Shown here in pieces: positions 22,801 through 35,372 of a stretch of 64,000 nt of DNA. Each line of letters begins with the position of its first letter. Position 1 is the first letter of the stretch. The stretch is from Marsupella aquatica (lineage: Eukaryota > Plantae > Marchantiophyta), in assembly GCA_973895155.1 (NCBI GenBank), contig OZ316899.1, positions 15,899,974-15,963,973 of the forward strand. The letters are read 5' to 3'. Made by a program: the position numbers and the translations under genes. A model generated the notes under the pieces. The model had not been told where the DNA came from, ran no database searches, and saw nothing but the letters and a program-made list of their open reading frames with translations.

Positions 22801-25110
22801 AGGAGAACACACGATCGATTTGAATTTGGGGGCCCATGCAGTACGGCAGCGACAACGTCGCATGAACCCGAGGTACTCCATCTTAGTGAAGGAGGAAATT
22901 GATCGTCTCCTCGCCGCAGATATCATCTACCCGATAATGGCCAGCAACTGGGTCTCTCCCATCGTCATTGTACCAAAAAAGGGAGGTACGGACGGAAAAC
23001 CTAAGATCCGGATCTGTCAGGACTATCGTAAGCTGAACAACGCGACCCGAAAAGACCATTACTCGTTACCATTCACGGATATGGTTCTAGATATGGTAGC
23101 CCGAAATGAAATTTATACATTCTTTGACGGGTATTCGGGTTATAACCAAATCTGGATTCGCCTCTCGGATCAGCTCAAAACAACGTTCACTACAGAATGG
23201 GGGACTTTCGCATTTCGAAGAATGCCGTTCGGACTATAAACGCTCCGGCCATGTTTCAGCGACTCATGATGAATATCTTCCACGATTTCCTACGGGAATT
23301 TCTGGAGATATTTATCGACGACTTTGCCATCTTTGGAACCGTCACCATGCACCCCGAACACCTAAGATGTACGTTGCAACAATGCCGAGAGGTTAACCTC
23401 AAACTACATCCCGCCAAATGCTTTTTCGGGGTAGAGGAGGGAGTGTTACTCGGGCATCGTGTGTCCAAACGAGGTATCGAGGTGGACCAAGAGAAGGTCG
23501 CGGCCTGGATGGCGGTGGTGTTCCCCATGGATCAAAAAGCGGTACGATCCTTCTTGGGCTGTGTAGGGTATTACCGTCGGTTCATTAAAGACTTTGCTAA
23601 AATTGCGTTGCCCTTAACTGAGATGATGAAGAAGGATGCGGTGATCGAGGAGACACCCCGAAGACGGATTGCTTTCGAAGAACTCCGTAAACGACTCACC
23701 ACCGCACCTATCATGGTCACTCCAGACTGGAATAAGGAGTTCCACGTGTATGTCGATGTGTCAGGGTTCTGTATTGGATCCGTGCTCAGTCAGCTTGATG
23801 AGGACGGACGCGACCACCCCATCTACTTCGCTAGCCGTCAATTATTCATAGCCAAAAAGAATTATTCCCCCACTGATCGAGAAGCTCTGGGAGTTCCGAC
23901 ACTATCTGCTCGGCTACAAGGTCATATTCCACACGGATCATGATAGCCTGAAGTACATGGTCAACAAAGCGGACGTGACAGGACGGATAGCCCGGTGGGT
24001 GCTACTTCTCTAGGAATTTAACTACAAAGTTTGGGTTCGGCCAGGAAAGGTACACCTCAACGCCGATTTCTTTTCAAGGCTGGATGGCGTACCAGTCGAT
24101 CAGCCAATTAATGATATTTTTCCGGATGAGGAATTGTTCCATGTAGGGGCGGGGATGCCAACGTGGTACGGTTCAATAATCACCTTCCTCTTAACGGGCC
24201 GCATCCCTGACGACATCAATCAGGAAACCGCTGCTGTGTTTTTAAGGAAAGCCGGACCTTATGTCATGATACAGGGCCACCTCCATAAGGAAGGAGTTAA
24301 TGGGAAATTACGACGTTGCTTAGAGTATAAGGAAACACTTATCGTGATGCGGGCCTTGCATGAAGAAGAAGCTGGAGGCCATTTCACGGCTATCACGACA
24401 GCCCGAAAGATTCTGGACTTGGGGTATTGATGGCCTACGTTACATCGGGATGTACAACGCTTCATCAAGGGCTATGACCTGTGTCAATGGGCTGGGGCCC
24501 CGAGACGAGCTCATCATCACCCTCTCACGTTCGTGCTTCCCTTAGCACCTTTTGAAAAGTGGGGTATTGATTACATCGGGCCGTTCACTCCCGTTACCCA
24601 AAGGCAAAGATGCAGGTACATCCTGCTAGCTATAGATTACTCCACCAAGTGGGTCGAAGCGCGGGCTACGGTGAAGGACGACGCCGCAACCAGCGCCAGG
24701 TTCTTATATGAACAGATTTTCACCCGGTTTGGACCGACCTTAGAGTTGGTAAGCGACCGTGGAACACACTTCCTCAATGACACTGTAGCCCAGCTTACGG
24801 AGCGTTACCTAGTCAAGCACCGCAAGACTACCCCGTATCATCCTAAAGCCAACGGAATGGCAGAGAGAGCCAATGGTACCATTGGGAAGATCCTCAACAA
24901 AACTGTAGCTGCGCACAAAATGGATTGGGATGATAAGTTGTACGCAGCGGTGTACTCGTATAATCTAGCTTACAAAACTACTACGAGTCACAGCCCGTAC
25001 TTTCTCATGTTCTGCCAACATTCGTTGGTTCCCGCCGAGTTTGAAGTACACACTCCACGGGTCAGCATTCGGGATCGCTTGCCCGAACCTGAAAGTTTGT
25101 CAGACCGAGC
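19827..25110 (+). pseudogene. Ty3/gypsy gag-pol (gag with 3 zinc knuckles, protease, RT, RNase H, integrase), disrupted and 3'-truncated
   Basis: MPVTRSQ start; CSKCFQSGHVVQEC and related knuckles; LVDGGAGVN protease; DYRKLN, RMPFGL, FIDDF (RT); FHVYVDVS (RH); WGIDYIGP, SDRGTHF, ANGMAERAN (IN). Multiple stops and frameshifts. Confidence 0.95.
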
Positions 25111-25114
25111 TTTT

Positions 25115-26523
25115 GAGGATGTTCTTATGCACGTTCTCCCCCATGCGGTGCATTGTCACCTTGGCCGCAGCTACCGTGGCCATGGGTAACCCGGATACAG
25201 CTGTGGGTTCCTTCCTCTTCTTTCCTCGAGACTGGCTCGGGGAGGGTGACACCTCCCCATCCTCTCGATCGGGTATAGGTAGTGCCACCGCCATTAGTAT
25301 TGGGGCCAGGGCGGCTACGTTCACCATGTTGTCCACTGGAGCCACTACTTGGGTCCGGGCCTGGGGAGGGGCGATGTAGTCCCGGCTCCCTGAGTGTTTG
25401 CTCCTCTGGGCCGCCTGAACAGGGGTAACATAGCCTCTTCATCGTCGCTGAGATCTACGGCATTGACGACGGATCTCACCTGTATGGGCGGGGCGACTGG
25501 TGGCGGGGTTTGGCTAGGCTGAGGCGGAGCCTGAGCTTGAGCTGGTGCTGGTGCGGGCACGGGCACGGCTGGGCTGGCACCAATAGTCGATGGTACGGTT
25601 GCCATGAAATTCTGTAGGTGCCGGTAGAGGTTTTCTGAAGCAAGTGTAGACACCTTTGTAGACTGGGTAGTGCTGGACTCGCTGTTGATGATGTCCCAAA
25701 CCCGAGCGGGGATGTGGTCAAAGTGGTGCCGCTATAAGTCGATCGTGCCCGAGATATTGAAGACCTGGTCCGGAAGCCAAAGTAGTGCCTCCCAGAAGCC
25801 GATATATTTGACACCATTGAAGAAGTACCCTGATATCTCTTCGGGTCGGTAAAGCTCGCTCTAGGACGGGTAATCAAAGTTAAGCAGATAGTGGTGGCGG
25901 CCTGCTAGGTGGATGGCTCTCTCGTATTCGCATTTGATTTTGTATCGGTGCAGGTTGGCGTGTTTCAATGAGTCGGCCAAGTGCCCTCCGATAGACATGA
26001 ATTGCGTCCAGAATCGTATGGTCGAACTGGAAAGGATTGTGTGCGACATTCAGAGGAGATAGAAGGCGACTAAGGATAAGCGAGAGAACTAGGGTCAAAG
26101 CTGGCGCGTGGACTGAAGAACTGGTGCACTACAAAGGGTCGGTCCCCTTTTTATACCCTGGAAGCTTGTCGATCGCCCGACGCCTCCTTGTTGCTTATAG
26201 GCCGAGCCTTTCACGCTTGCAGTGTATTGGCCACCTCCGCCGGTCCGGATCAGCTCGTGTCAGTGGCCGCCTCCCGAAGTTTGTTATACGGACCCGAGGG
26301 GGAAAGGTGAGGGCCCATTACACGCTCGCAACCCAGGCGTGCGAATGGCGACCCGCCGTCAGCCCAAACACGAATGCCCCTTATTGACTAATGATTTTCT
26401 ACTCATAATGGCTACCTAAATACTATTGTTATGCTAATAATTATGGCCTAAGATACCCCTAACGTGCGTGCTAAGCGTTGTTAGGCCAAATCACTCATTA
26501 CCCACCGTACCGGCGGCGTCACA
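25115..26523 (-). mobile_element. Family B LTR 5' portion in reverse orientation
   Basis: Diverged reverse complement of 15708-17127. Terminus ...GGCGGCGTCACA at 26523; abuts the truncated integrase. Confidence 0.85.
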
Positions 26524-26599
26524 CCTAGACCATAAGGGAGCTCGGCGTCGGAGTCAGCAACGCCGGAGCTAAGTGTTAAGGTAGTCGAGTTTCGCGACT
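26524..26599 (+). mobile_element. Right end of a second copy of the hairpin LTR-like unit
   Basis: Matches 11520-11594 and ends ...CGCGACT. Confidence 0.75.
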
Positions 26600-26606
26600 C
26601 ATCAGC

Positions 26607-27495
26607 TCAGTTACCAGTGTTTAGGAGGCTATTCATGTACCGGCCCTGGACTTGTTGGAAGCCAACTTGATCGATAAGTACTTGGCAACAGCTAAACCAG
26701 GCACCCTCGCCAAGGTTATTGAGTGCAATAACCGCTTTGCCAAGAAGATCACAGGAGCATTTTATCAGATGGAGAAAGCGATTTCGGATGCGAAGTCCAT
26801 GTTGACCCCTGCCAGAATCCGGATTCCGGAGTCTGGAACATCTCTGGTGCTTCGAGATGAAAACAAAGCAGAAGGCACTCCACCTGGATTTGAGAAGGTT
26901 GAGTTCCGGTTTCCGTCGGTGTCACCTTCAAACATCAACTCAGCACGCGGTTTGCCCCTTGATTTGAAGGACCTGGAGGCTACTACGAGTTTAGAGACTC
27001 CTCCTTCTCAGAAGTCTGTTAGTCTAGTTGATCTTACACATGTCTGAGTCAGTTAGAGTAGATGTAGAAGATGATTCTCCAGTAGCTTAGTAGTTTTTAG
27101 TTAGTTAGTTAGCATTTCCGGATCCGACTAGGATCTAAATCCGGATTTAGTAGTAGAACCGGAAATCAAAATCCGGATTTTGCCTTACATCCATTTCTGG
27201 ATTTTCCTTTGTTCTCATTTCCGGATTTTAATGACAGTTACTTTTTCCCCATGAAAACCGGAAATGACCCTTTGTCTTTTGGGATCTTTTCTTTTCCCTT
27301 TAGCATCTTAAGTAAGTTGACAGTTAGCTTTTCTCTTCAGTTCTCAGTTTCTATTGGAAGCATAGAAGCTCCTCCTCAGGTGATCCTGTTGAGCCTTGAC
27401 CTGTTGTGAGTAGAACTGTAGACTCCTTCTCTTATTGAGAAGTTAATACTTAGAAAATTTGACATCATGCTTTGAAATTGGATTTGATTTGAATT
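26607..27495 (+). mobile_element. Family D retroelement fragment (ORF 3' end plus non-coding tail), probably continuing at 45137-45750 after the MULE
   Basis: 26607-26940 duplicates 14598-14915; ORF 26652-27047; TCCGGA-rich. Confidence 0.6.
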
Positions 27496-27564
27496 ACTCG
27501 TATGGGGGGGAGGTAATCCATCAGTTATCAGTCACTGATATCAGTCACCCCCTTTTTTTTCTCT

Positions 27565-28120
27565 AATCTCGGAGACCTCTCCAAGATGGCGACAGTTTTT
27601 TTTGGCAATCTCGGAGAGCTCTCCGAGATCCCTACCATTTTTTTGGCCATCTCGGAGAGGTCTCCGAGATGGCAACAATTGTTTTTGGCAATCTCGGAGA
27701 GGCTCTCCGAGATCCCAACACACTTCCAGGAGTATGTTGGAGACATGGTAGTTTTTTTGCTCACCATGTCAGAGAGCCTCTCCGACATACCAAGTCACTC
27801 CATTGCCATCTCGGAGAGCCTCTCCGAGATACCAAGTCTTTTTGTTGACCATCTCGGAGAGCCTCTCCGAGATACCAAGTCACTTTGCAAACCATCTCGG
27901 AGAGCCTCTCCGAGATACCAAGTCTTTTTGTTGACCATCTCGGAGAGCCTCTCCGAGATACCAAGTCACTTTGCAAACCATCTCGGAGAGCCTCTCCGAG
28001 ATACCAAGTCACTTTGCAAACCATCTCGGAGAGCCTCTCCGAGATACCAAGTCACTTTGCAGACCATCATCGACTTTCCCATTCCATTTCTAAGACCATC
28101 TCAAAGAGCCTCTCCGACAT
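27565..28120. repeat. Left subterminal array of the palindrome TCTCGGAGAG(C/G)CTCTCCGAGA
   Basis: About 13 copies with ~42-bp spacing. Confidence 0.95.
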
Positions 28121-28243
28121 ACAAATACAAAAAATTTGCAAGTGATACACATCACATTCACTTTTCATATATATTATAATGTGTACACAGCAACACTTCA
28201 TCATTGCTACCTTCTCTAAAGCTAACCCCTGTTGGCCACTACT

Positions 28244-29430
28244 TTATTCTGTTATCTGATATGTGCACAGGTCATAAATAATCTTCTTTCGCAAGTTTCC
28301 TACCTGGCTGCCATCAAAATCCATAGGAGCATCTCGACTTATGCGCTCTGCATAGTTAAGGATAAATACCCCACAATTTACACTATCTTCTTGTGATGGA
28401 AGGCCTGACACTAAAGTTCTAGGCCAGTTGTTTGCATCTGGTGAGGGCATGCCTCTTTGACTTGCTTCATCCTCGACATACCTTGTTAGAGTATACATGA
28501 GATACTCATTTCGAGCCTCCCAAAAGTTTCCTGATTTCTCCCAAAGCGAATCTAGGAACAACACCTCTTTTCCAGTTAAATCAATCACTGCCAACACCCA
28601 ATGCTCCCTGTTTGCCTGGTGGATAGGGACCAATATCCTGTCATAATCAAATATGTTTTCTGTTTTGGTCCATCGAGCAACATTGGCAAAACAGTATACG
28701 GGCGTTGAGAGCAACGTGTAGAATGCTGTGATGAAAAATGCACACTTTGGATAGCCTCTTGATCTCCCCCTAAACTGCAACAAGGCCAAGTATGCATCGA
28801 TGATATCTGAATGTAGCCATTGAGCTCCTGTTCTTCCTTCAAACAAGCATCTCATTGACGCCCTGGTCAACTTGTAATCTACAAAGTTGAATAGTACTTC
28901 CTCGTCTGGGAGCTCTGTGGATAGACATGTGGATACTATGTCGGAAAAGTCTTGAGAGCAGACTACTTCAGCAAATAACCCAGGTATCTGGGTATTCCCA
29001 CCACGTGCTGCATAGGATTGAACAGCATGGCATTAGGCATCATCTTCATCTGAGCTATAGGTCACAAAAGAAGGGTGAGCTATCTTATCACTATCACTGC
29101 TGACACTCTCACTTTCATTGTAGTCTACCTCTACTGCTCTATCATCTACAAATCTTGATTTTCGCCTCTTTGTGTACTTCTCAGCTACACCCTTGAGCCG
29201 TTTGAAGGGGCGTGAATCAACAATCCCTTATGCGTAAGTTGGAAGGCAAAATCTTTCTGGAGAGAAAGTTTTCGATGCTTCCTCCCATGCTTCACGGACT
29301 TTGTCCTTGTCCGATGTGTGCCATTGTCCGGAGTCGATGTTCCTGTAGTGAACTGCCTATTGGTTAAGTAGACAGTTTAAGGTAATACCATAATAATGTG
29401 GAACTTCACATTTTTATTTATCCTCACCAT
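28244..29430 (-). pseudogene. Ulp1/SENP (peptidase C48) SUMO protease carried by the MULE
   Basis: WLHSDIIDAY, REHWVLAVID, FLDSL, QEDSVNCGVF (H-D-C triad and Q present). The same frame extends to ~29356 through two TAA stops. Possible ATG|gtgag micro-exon at 29430-29428. Confidence 0.88.
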
Positions 29431-29481
29431 GGCACAATGTAAATTGCAAACTAACAACAAATGGGTTCTTGGATTCAACGT

Positions 29482-32400
29482 TTACTCACAATCCTGAGCA
29501 TTCCCACCCTTGCCTTCTGCGGCATCCTCCTCTGAATCAGACTCAAGGACAAGCTTCTTCCGCCCTTCAGGCTTCTTAGTCTCCTTGGCCTCCTCCTTCT
29601 TACTCTCCTCGCCCTCCGCCTTGGTCTGATTGCCCTGCTGTGTTGAAAGGAGTTTTGACACCACCGAAGCTGCTGACTCACCAAAGTAGTCATGCGCTTC
29701 CATCCCAAATACTAGTCGCCCACAATTATTGGCAGCTTTGTAGATAGCACCAAAGTGGACATTCCAAGAAAATATGATATCGCCGGGACTGGTGATGTGC
29801 TCTATGATGCATTGCAAGGTTGCAGGCGATAAGGTTTCGGCCAATTCGTCTCTCACTGCATCATCTTCCTTTGTAAAATTGGATAGAGCATTGCTCTTTC
29901 CTGGGCACAAATCACCAGTAATTGGCTTCATATGTACCTTTGAGAGGGTCACCTCTATACCCTTCATGGCGAATATATCCAAATGCAGATATTGAGCCTG
30001 TCACATCATGCAAAATAGATTCGCACTTGTTAGCAACACTGGCAACACTAATTGCTAAACTAATCCGACATCGGTCCTACCTCTCTAAACCCTAAAAATC
30101 CTACCTATCTCAGAGAGGCTCTCCGAGATCCATGCTACCTATCTCAGAGAGGCTCTCCGAGATGGATCCTACCTATCTCAGAGAGGCTCTCCGAGATCCA
30201 TGCTACCTATCTCAGAGAGGCTCTCCAAGATGGATCCTACCTATCTCAGAGAGGCTCTCTGAGATCCATGCTACCTATCTCAGATAGGCTCTCCGAGATC
30301 CTACCTATCTCAGAGAGGCTCTCCTAGATCCATGCTACCTATCTCAGAGAGGCTCTCCGAGATGGATCCTACCTATCTCAGAGAGGCTCTCCGAGATCCA
30401 TGCTACCTATCTCAGAGAGGCTCTCCGAGATGGATGCTACCTAACTCAGAGAGGCTCTCCGAGATCCATGCTACCTAACTCAGAGAGGCTCTCCGAGATC
30501 CATGCTACCTAACTCAGAGAGGCTCTCCGAGATGGATCCTACCTATCTCAGAGAGGCTCTCCGAGATCCATGCTACCTAACTCAGAGAGGCTCTCCGAGA
30601 TGGATCCTACCTATCTCAGAGAGCCTCTCCGAGATGGATCCTACCTATCTCAGAGAGGCTCTCCGAGATCCATGCTACCTATCTCAGAGAGGCTCTCCGA
30701 GATCCTACCTATCTCAGAGAGGCTCTCCGAGATCCTACCTATCTTAGAGAGGCTCTCCTAGATCCATGCTACCTATCTCAGAGAGGCTCTCCGAGATGGA
30801 TCCTACCTATCTCAGAGAGGCTCTCCGAGATCCATGCTACCTATCTCAGAGAGGCTCTCCGAGATGGATCCTACCTATCTCAGAGAGCCTCTCCGAGATC
30901 AATGTTACCCATAAGGGAGAGGGTGTCCGACATCGTAATTGCGGACACATTTTTCAACTATCTCGGAGAGCCTCTCCGAGATGACTTCTATTGAAATGCC
31001 AAAATTGAAGTGAGCTTACAGCTTTTTTGCTTGACGCCATGTAGCAAGGTGTGTCATTCCAAATGGTGAATGAGTCAATGTGATCCAACTTCTCAGCCCA
31101 GTCAATGTGAAGGTACTCAAAGATTGAGCCTGTGTGGGCAAATGAACCACTGTGCACAATGCACAGGAAACCGTCATTTGTGAGTAGAGAGTCTGCCAAT
31201 GTCGTCGCCACTTCTAGGTCACTGAGCCGAAATCTATTCCACACCGGAACATTATTTTCAGCCTGCGCTATGCGATAATCTGTCCCTAGCTGAACAAAGA
31301 TCATATCACAACCATGGCCCTTAGGTACACCATCAACTATCCAACCTTGTTTTCGCAAGCCAGCCAACTTCAATTTCTTACACCAGTCCCGGAATTCCCT
31401 CATGAATGGAGGGAGAGGCAACTTTCCCGTGGTTGGCTGATATTTGTCCTTCAGCCAAGAAGAACACTCTAGTAAGGTCATATGCTCTTTTGCATGGCAA
31501 AATTGCAGGGCAGATGTAATAGCATGAGAGGGCCGAGGTACTCCAAGAATTTCGCAAAGATCATCCTCCGGAATTTCTGGGGCTTCTGTTGAAACTGGCT
31601 TCTTTGTGGGTTCGTCTATCCTCTTGTCGGCTTTCTTCTTTGGCCGACTGGTTGGCTTACCAGAGATTTGTGGTTTGCTTGGGGTCCCACTCGGGGTCCC
31701 GCTTGGGGTTGAAAGGTCAGGCTCCTCCTCCTCCTCATGGCCCTCTGCATTGTCCCCGGTGGCCATCCCATCCTCCTCTCCATTGTCCCCACTCGCCGCT
31801 TTCTCATCCTCCTCTCCATTGTCCCCACTCACCGCTTTCTCATCCTCCTCTCCATTGTCCCCGGTCTTTCTTGGCTCCATCTTCTCATCCATCGGACGAC
31901 GTTTGCTTGAGGTAGACCCTGGGGTTCCAAACTTTTCCTTACTTTTTTCTGCAGAACAAAGTAAGGAGTTTAGTTATCATTTTACAATGATACTATCTCG
32001 GAGAGGCTCTCAAACATATGTCAGATGTACAATGCAAGCTAGGGTGTAAACCTTACCAGGAGTGCCTTGTTCTGAGGTGGTGTCTTCTGATTCCTTTTCT
32101 TTCTTCCCCCGAACCTTCTTCCCATCATACTCTGGCTCTCCAAGAGGCAAAATGGCCTCCAAGTCCAATGCAGCCTTTGTCGACAGCTCAAGATCTCCCA
32201 ACTTTGAAGGTGCAAAAAGGTTGTCTGGTAGTTTCCCCTCCTTTGGGAGGTTGGCAGCTTCCTTCTCTTCGGGCGTAATGAACTCATTCCAATCATTGAA
32301 CTCCATGAACCATGGACAATTTTGTCTCTCCCAGTCTAAAAAGACTCTTGCTGCTGGCTTCAGCCCATCTGTTGGATACATTGACAGCGGGCCTTTCTCC

Positions 32401-34308
32401 GTCATCCATGCAGTCAGAGCACTTGGTAACACTTTGAAAGTAGAGGCTCCAATGCTCTCCTGATGAAGTAAATATCTGACCACACACCTCTTTGCACGCT
32501 TCCTCCACACATCTTTGCTTTGCTTTGCTGGATTCCACATCTTCTTGCCCTCCTCATAGGACCGAGTCTGTACAAATTGCTTGTACATCTTGTTGTGAAA
32601 CTCAACAAACTCGTCTTTGCTTCCATTGAAGTTCTGCCACTCACCAGAATCATATGCACTCTCGGCAAACTCTGACATTATCAAACTGCCAACATGGGCA
32701 ATGTAACACCACATTGACCACACTAGCAACCAAGCTCTCACTGCTGAATCACCATATACATCTGGATGGTGGTGTCGCTTCTTCTCCTCCGCGGTTGAGA
32801 AATGAACGCGGAGTAACTTGTTTCGACACTCAGCAGGCATCACCGCACTTGCAAACAATTTAACTCGATCCAACCCCACTTACACTTGTGGCCGATCTTT
32901 CTGTTTACTCTACAACTGGTGCAGCTCCTCGGCAATCTCCAGAAACTCCTCTCCATTTGCTGGATTGACAATCTGAGCAACTTCTGCATTTTGCCCTCCC
33001 AAGACCTACAAGCTTCACTCGTCATGAGTGTGGTTTCCTTTTGGAACTTATCCAAACTCCAGGCATGGCCAATTGCAGCATCGGCTGCCATCTCCTTCGC
33101 AAGACGAATCCTCCCGTCTTCAATATTATTCCACGACATGATGTACACAGCAGCATCCTTTGTCATGCACTTGCTATACCATGTCTTTCCATGCCCATGG
33201 CTTCTTGCTGCTAAGAATCTAGCATAACCATCCGGATGAAGCAATGTCTGATACTCCTCCAAAGGTGTCATCAACAGCTTCTTCACCCTGTCTGCATCGG
33301 TCAACCAAGATGTCTGCACAACGTTTGCGCTTATCCTGCATAAAGAAGCGACAAATGTTGGCGTCAAAGGCTTCATACCTGAAAATTACATCTCTCTTGG
33401 AGATGCTCTCTGAGAAGGCATGGACATCTCGGAGAGGCTCTCTGAGAAGGCATTGATATCTCGGAGAGGCTCTCCGAGAAGGGAAGGGCTCTCCGAGATA
33501 GCATTTTGAGAGCCAAACATTGTATGTGTGTATGTATCTATCTCGGAGAGGCTCTCCGAGATAGGATTGCCTATGTGGGTGCAAAAAAACAACACCTACA
33601 AGAACAACCAAAAACCAAGGGGGTGGAAACTTACGCGTTGAGGCCGTGCATTGCCTGCTCAATCTTCCTAAATCCTTGTTTTCCAGGCTGTAGAAGAGAG
33701 AATCTCACGCAAGGGTGGTACTTCTGCTCGTCAGGATACTCTTCAGCCACTTGTCTCCATGCATTCAGGCGATGATTTCCATCAAACACCCAAAACATCT
33801 TACCCTTCAAAACGTGAAACTCCTCGTACTCATCACACTCCATCTCAAATTTTGCGTTAGCTTGTTCCCATAGAGGGTCCCAATCCGCGGAAAATTCAGA
33901 CATGGAGTGGGTGGCGTTATGCGCATTGGTCTCTGATATGTGGAATTCCAAAAACTTGTCCACATACCCATTCTTCACGAAGTCCTTCTTCATCTTCAGA
34001 ATGGAGCTCTGTTGGAGAGTCCGAACTGCCTCCATTGTCATCAAACGACATAGTGGAATCCGAGGTGGCTCTCTGGGCTTCCCACTTGGTTCAGCTCCAA
34101 ATGAAAGCAAGTACTCCCCAACAATCCCTTCGAATGCACCTTTGTTCAGACGTTCAGCAGACACATTTTCAAAGTTCAGAACCTTCGGCTCCAGCTTCTT
34201 CACTGTGTGAGTTTCCCGACCACTGGCGGTGCTCTCTGCTGTCTTTGATCTGGTCTGCCGACCAGACGATGAAGGAGAGGGAGTGGGTTGCTTCCTCTTC
34301 CCTGTCAT
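29482..34308 (-). pseudogene. Spliced ParB/Srx-like domain + beta-class N4/N6 DNA methyltransferase-fold fusion protein
   Basis: Predicted exons 34308-33635, 33335-32057, 31948-31020 and 29997-29482 join in frame via GT-AG introns. ParB-like RIPLCRL...VR...NGY...FWVFDGNHRLNAW. MTase-like DMIFVQLGTDY, LLTNDGFLCI, TIWN, SPATLQCIIEHITSPGDIIF...AANNCGRLVFGME. One frameshift and two stops near 32880-32990. Confidence 0.7.
30100..30980. repeat. Intronic palindrome array (intron 3 of the ParB-MTase gene)
   Basis: About 24 units of 31-36 bp, CTACCTATCTCAGAGAGGCTCTCCGAGAT(CCATG/GGATC). Confidence 0.95.
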
Positions 34309-34334
34309 TTTCAAATCTCACCAACTATTGAATT

Positions 34335-34870
34335 GCACGAGCGCAACTTGCACAACACTTGCACCACCCACAGCTCAGTCGCAGCACTCGCACTCGCACC
34401 GCCACAGCTCACCGCACTCAATTGCACTGCTTCCAGCACTCGCACCGCCACAGCTCAGTCGCAGCAAGCTCAATCACTGGCAGTGGCACAACACTCAATC
34501 GCACCACTCGCACAACACTCGCACTCGACCGCCACAGCTCACCGCACTCAATCGCACCGCTTCCAGCACTCGCACTGCCACAGCTCAATCGCAGCAAGCT
34601 CAATCACTGGCAGTGGCACAACACTCAATCGCACCGCTCGCATAACACTCGCACTCGACCGCCACAGCTCACCGCACTCAATCGCACCGCTTCCAGCACT
34701 CGCACCACCACAACTCACTCGTAGCAAGCTCAATTGCACCACTTGCACAGCACTCAATCGCACCGCACAACTACTCACACTCACAATCGCACTCAATCGC
34801 ACCGCACTCACAATCGCACTACTTCCAGTACTCGCACCACCACAGCTCACAGCACACAGCTCATAGCACA
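34335..34870. repeat. 130-bp tandem repeat built of GCACTC/CGCAC submotifs upstream of the ParB-MTase gene
   Basis: GCCACAGCTCACCGCACTCA recurs at 34401, 34531 and 34661. Confidence 0.85.
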
Positions 34871-35372
34871 CAGAGCGCGGAGAGGGAAAGATCACAAAGC
34901 AACTTACGCTCTCCAAGAAATATGAGGTAAATTGCATCCGCACTCGCACTCGCTTGGCCTCAATTGCTCACCTTTCAAATGAGGAAAGGCGAGAGACGGC
35001 GGGGACTCACCAAAGTAGTCATCATCATTATTAGGCAACGGAAGATCTAGGGGGATCACAACTGACTTCACTATCGCCGTCACGCAGGTTGAGTCCCATC
35101 CAAGCAATGGGAGATCTATGGGACCACTCATTGATTACAAGTGGTAGGCGCCACGGGAGGAAGTTGACATGTTAGCAGTTTATTGGCTTATATGTTGTCG
35201 TACTCTGATAATGATGAATGCCTAGATTTGACTCATGTCAGAGTCGCAACACTGAAGTACCTATACAGATGCTTTCATTATTACTACCCCTTCACGCCAT
35301 AATGTCCTTGGTACGATTGATTCCAGACCAGATAAGATTTCCTATCATTCCTTGGTATTAATGAGTACGATC

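Noticed and set aside
27528-28179. ORFs with ISESLSE/SRRASPR repeats (also 30502-30984, 35284-36046, 44226-45074) and ORFs over 34229-34949 and 51153-52915
   Set aside because: Translations of stop-poor tandem repeats.
29482-34308. Bacterial or phage contamination as the source of the ParB/MTase sequence
   Set aside because: The gene has in-frame spliceosomal introns and is nested within plant-type transposons.
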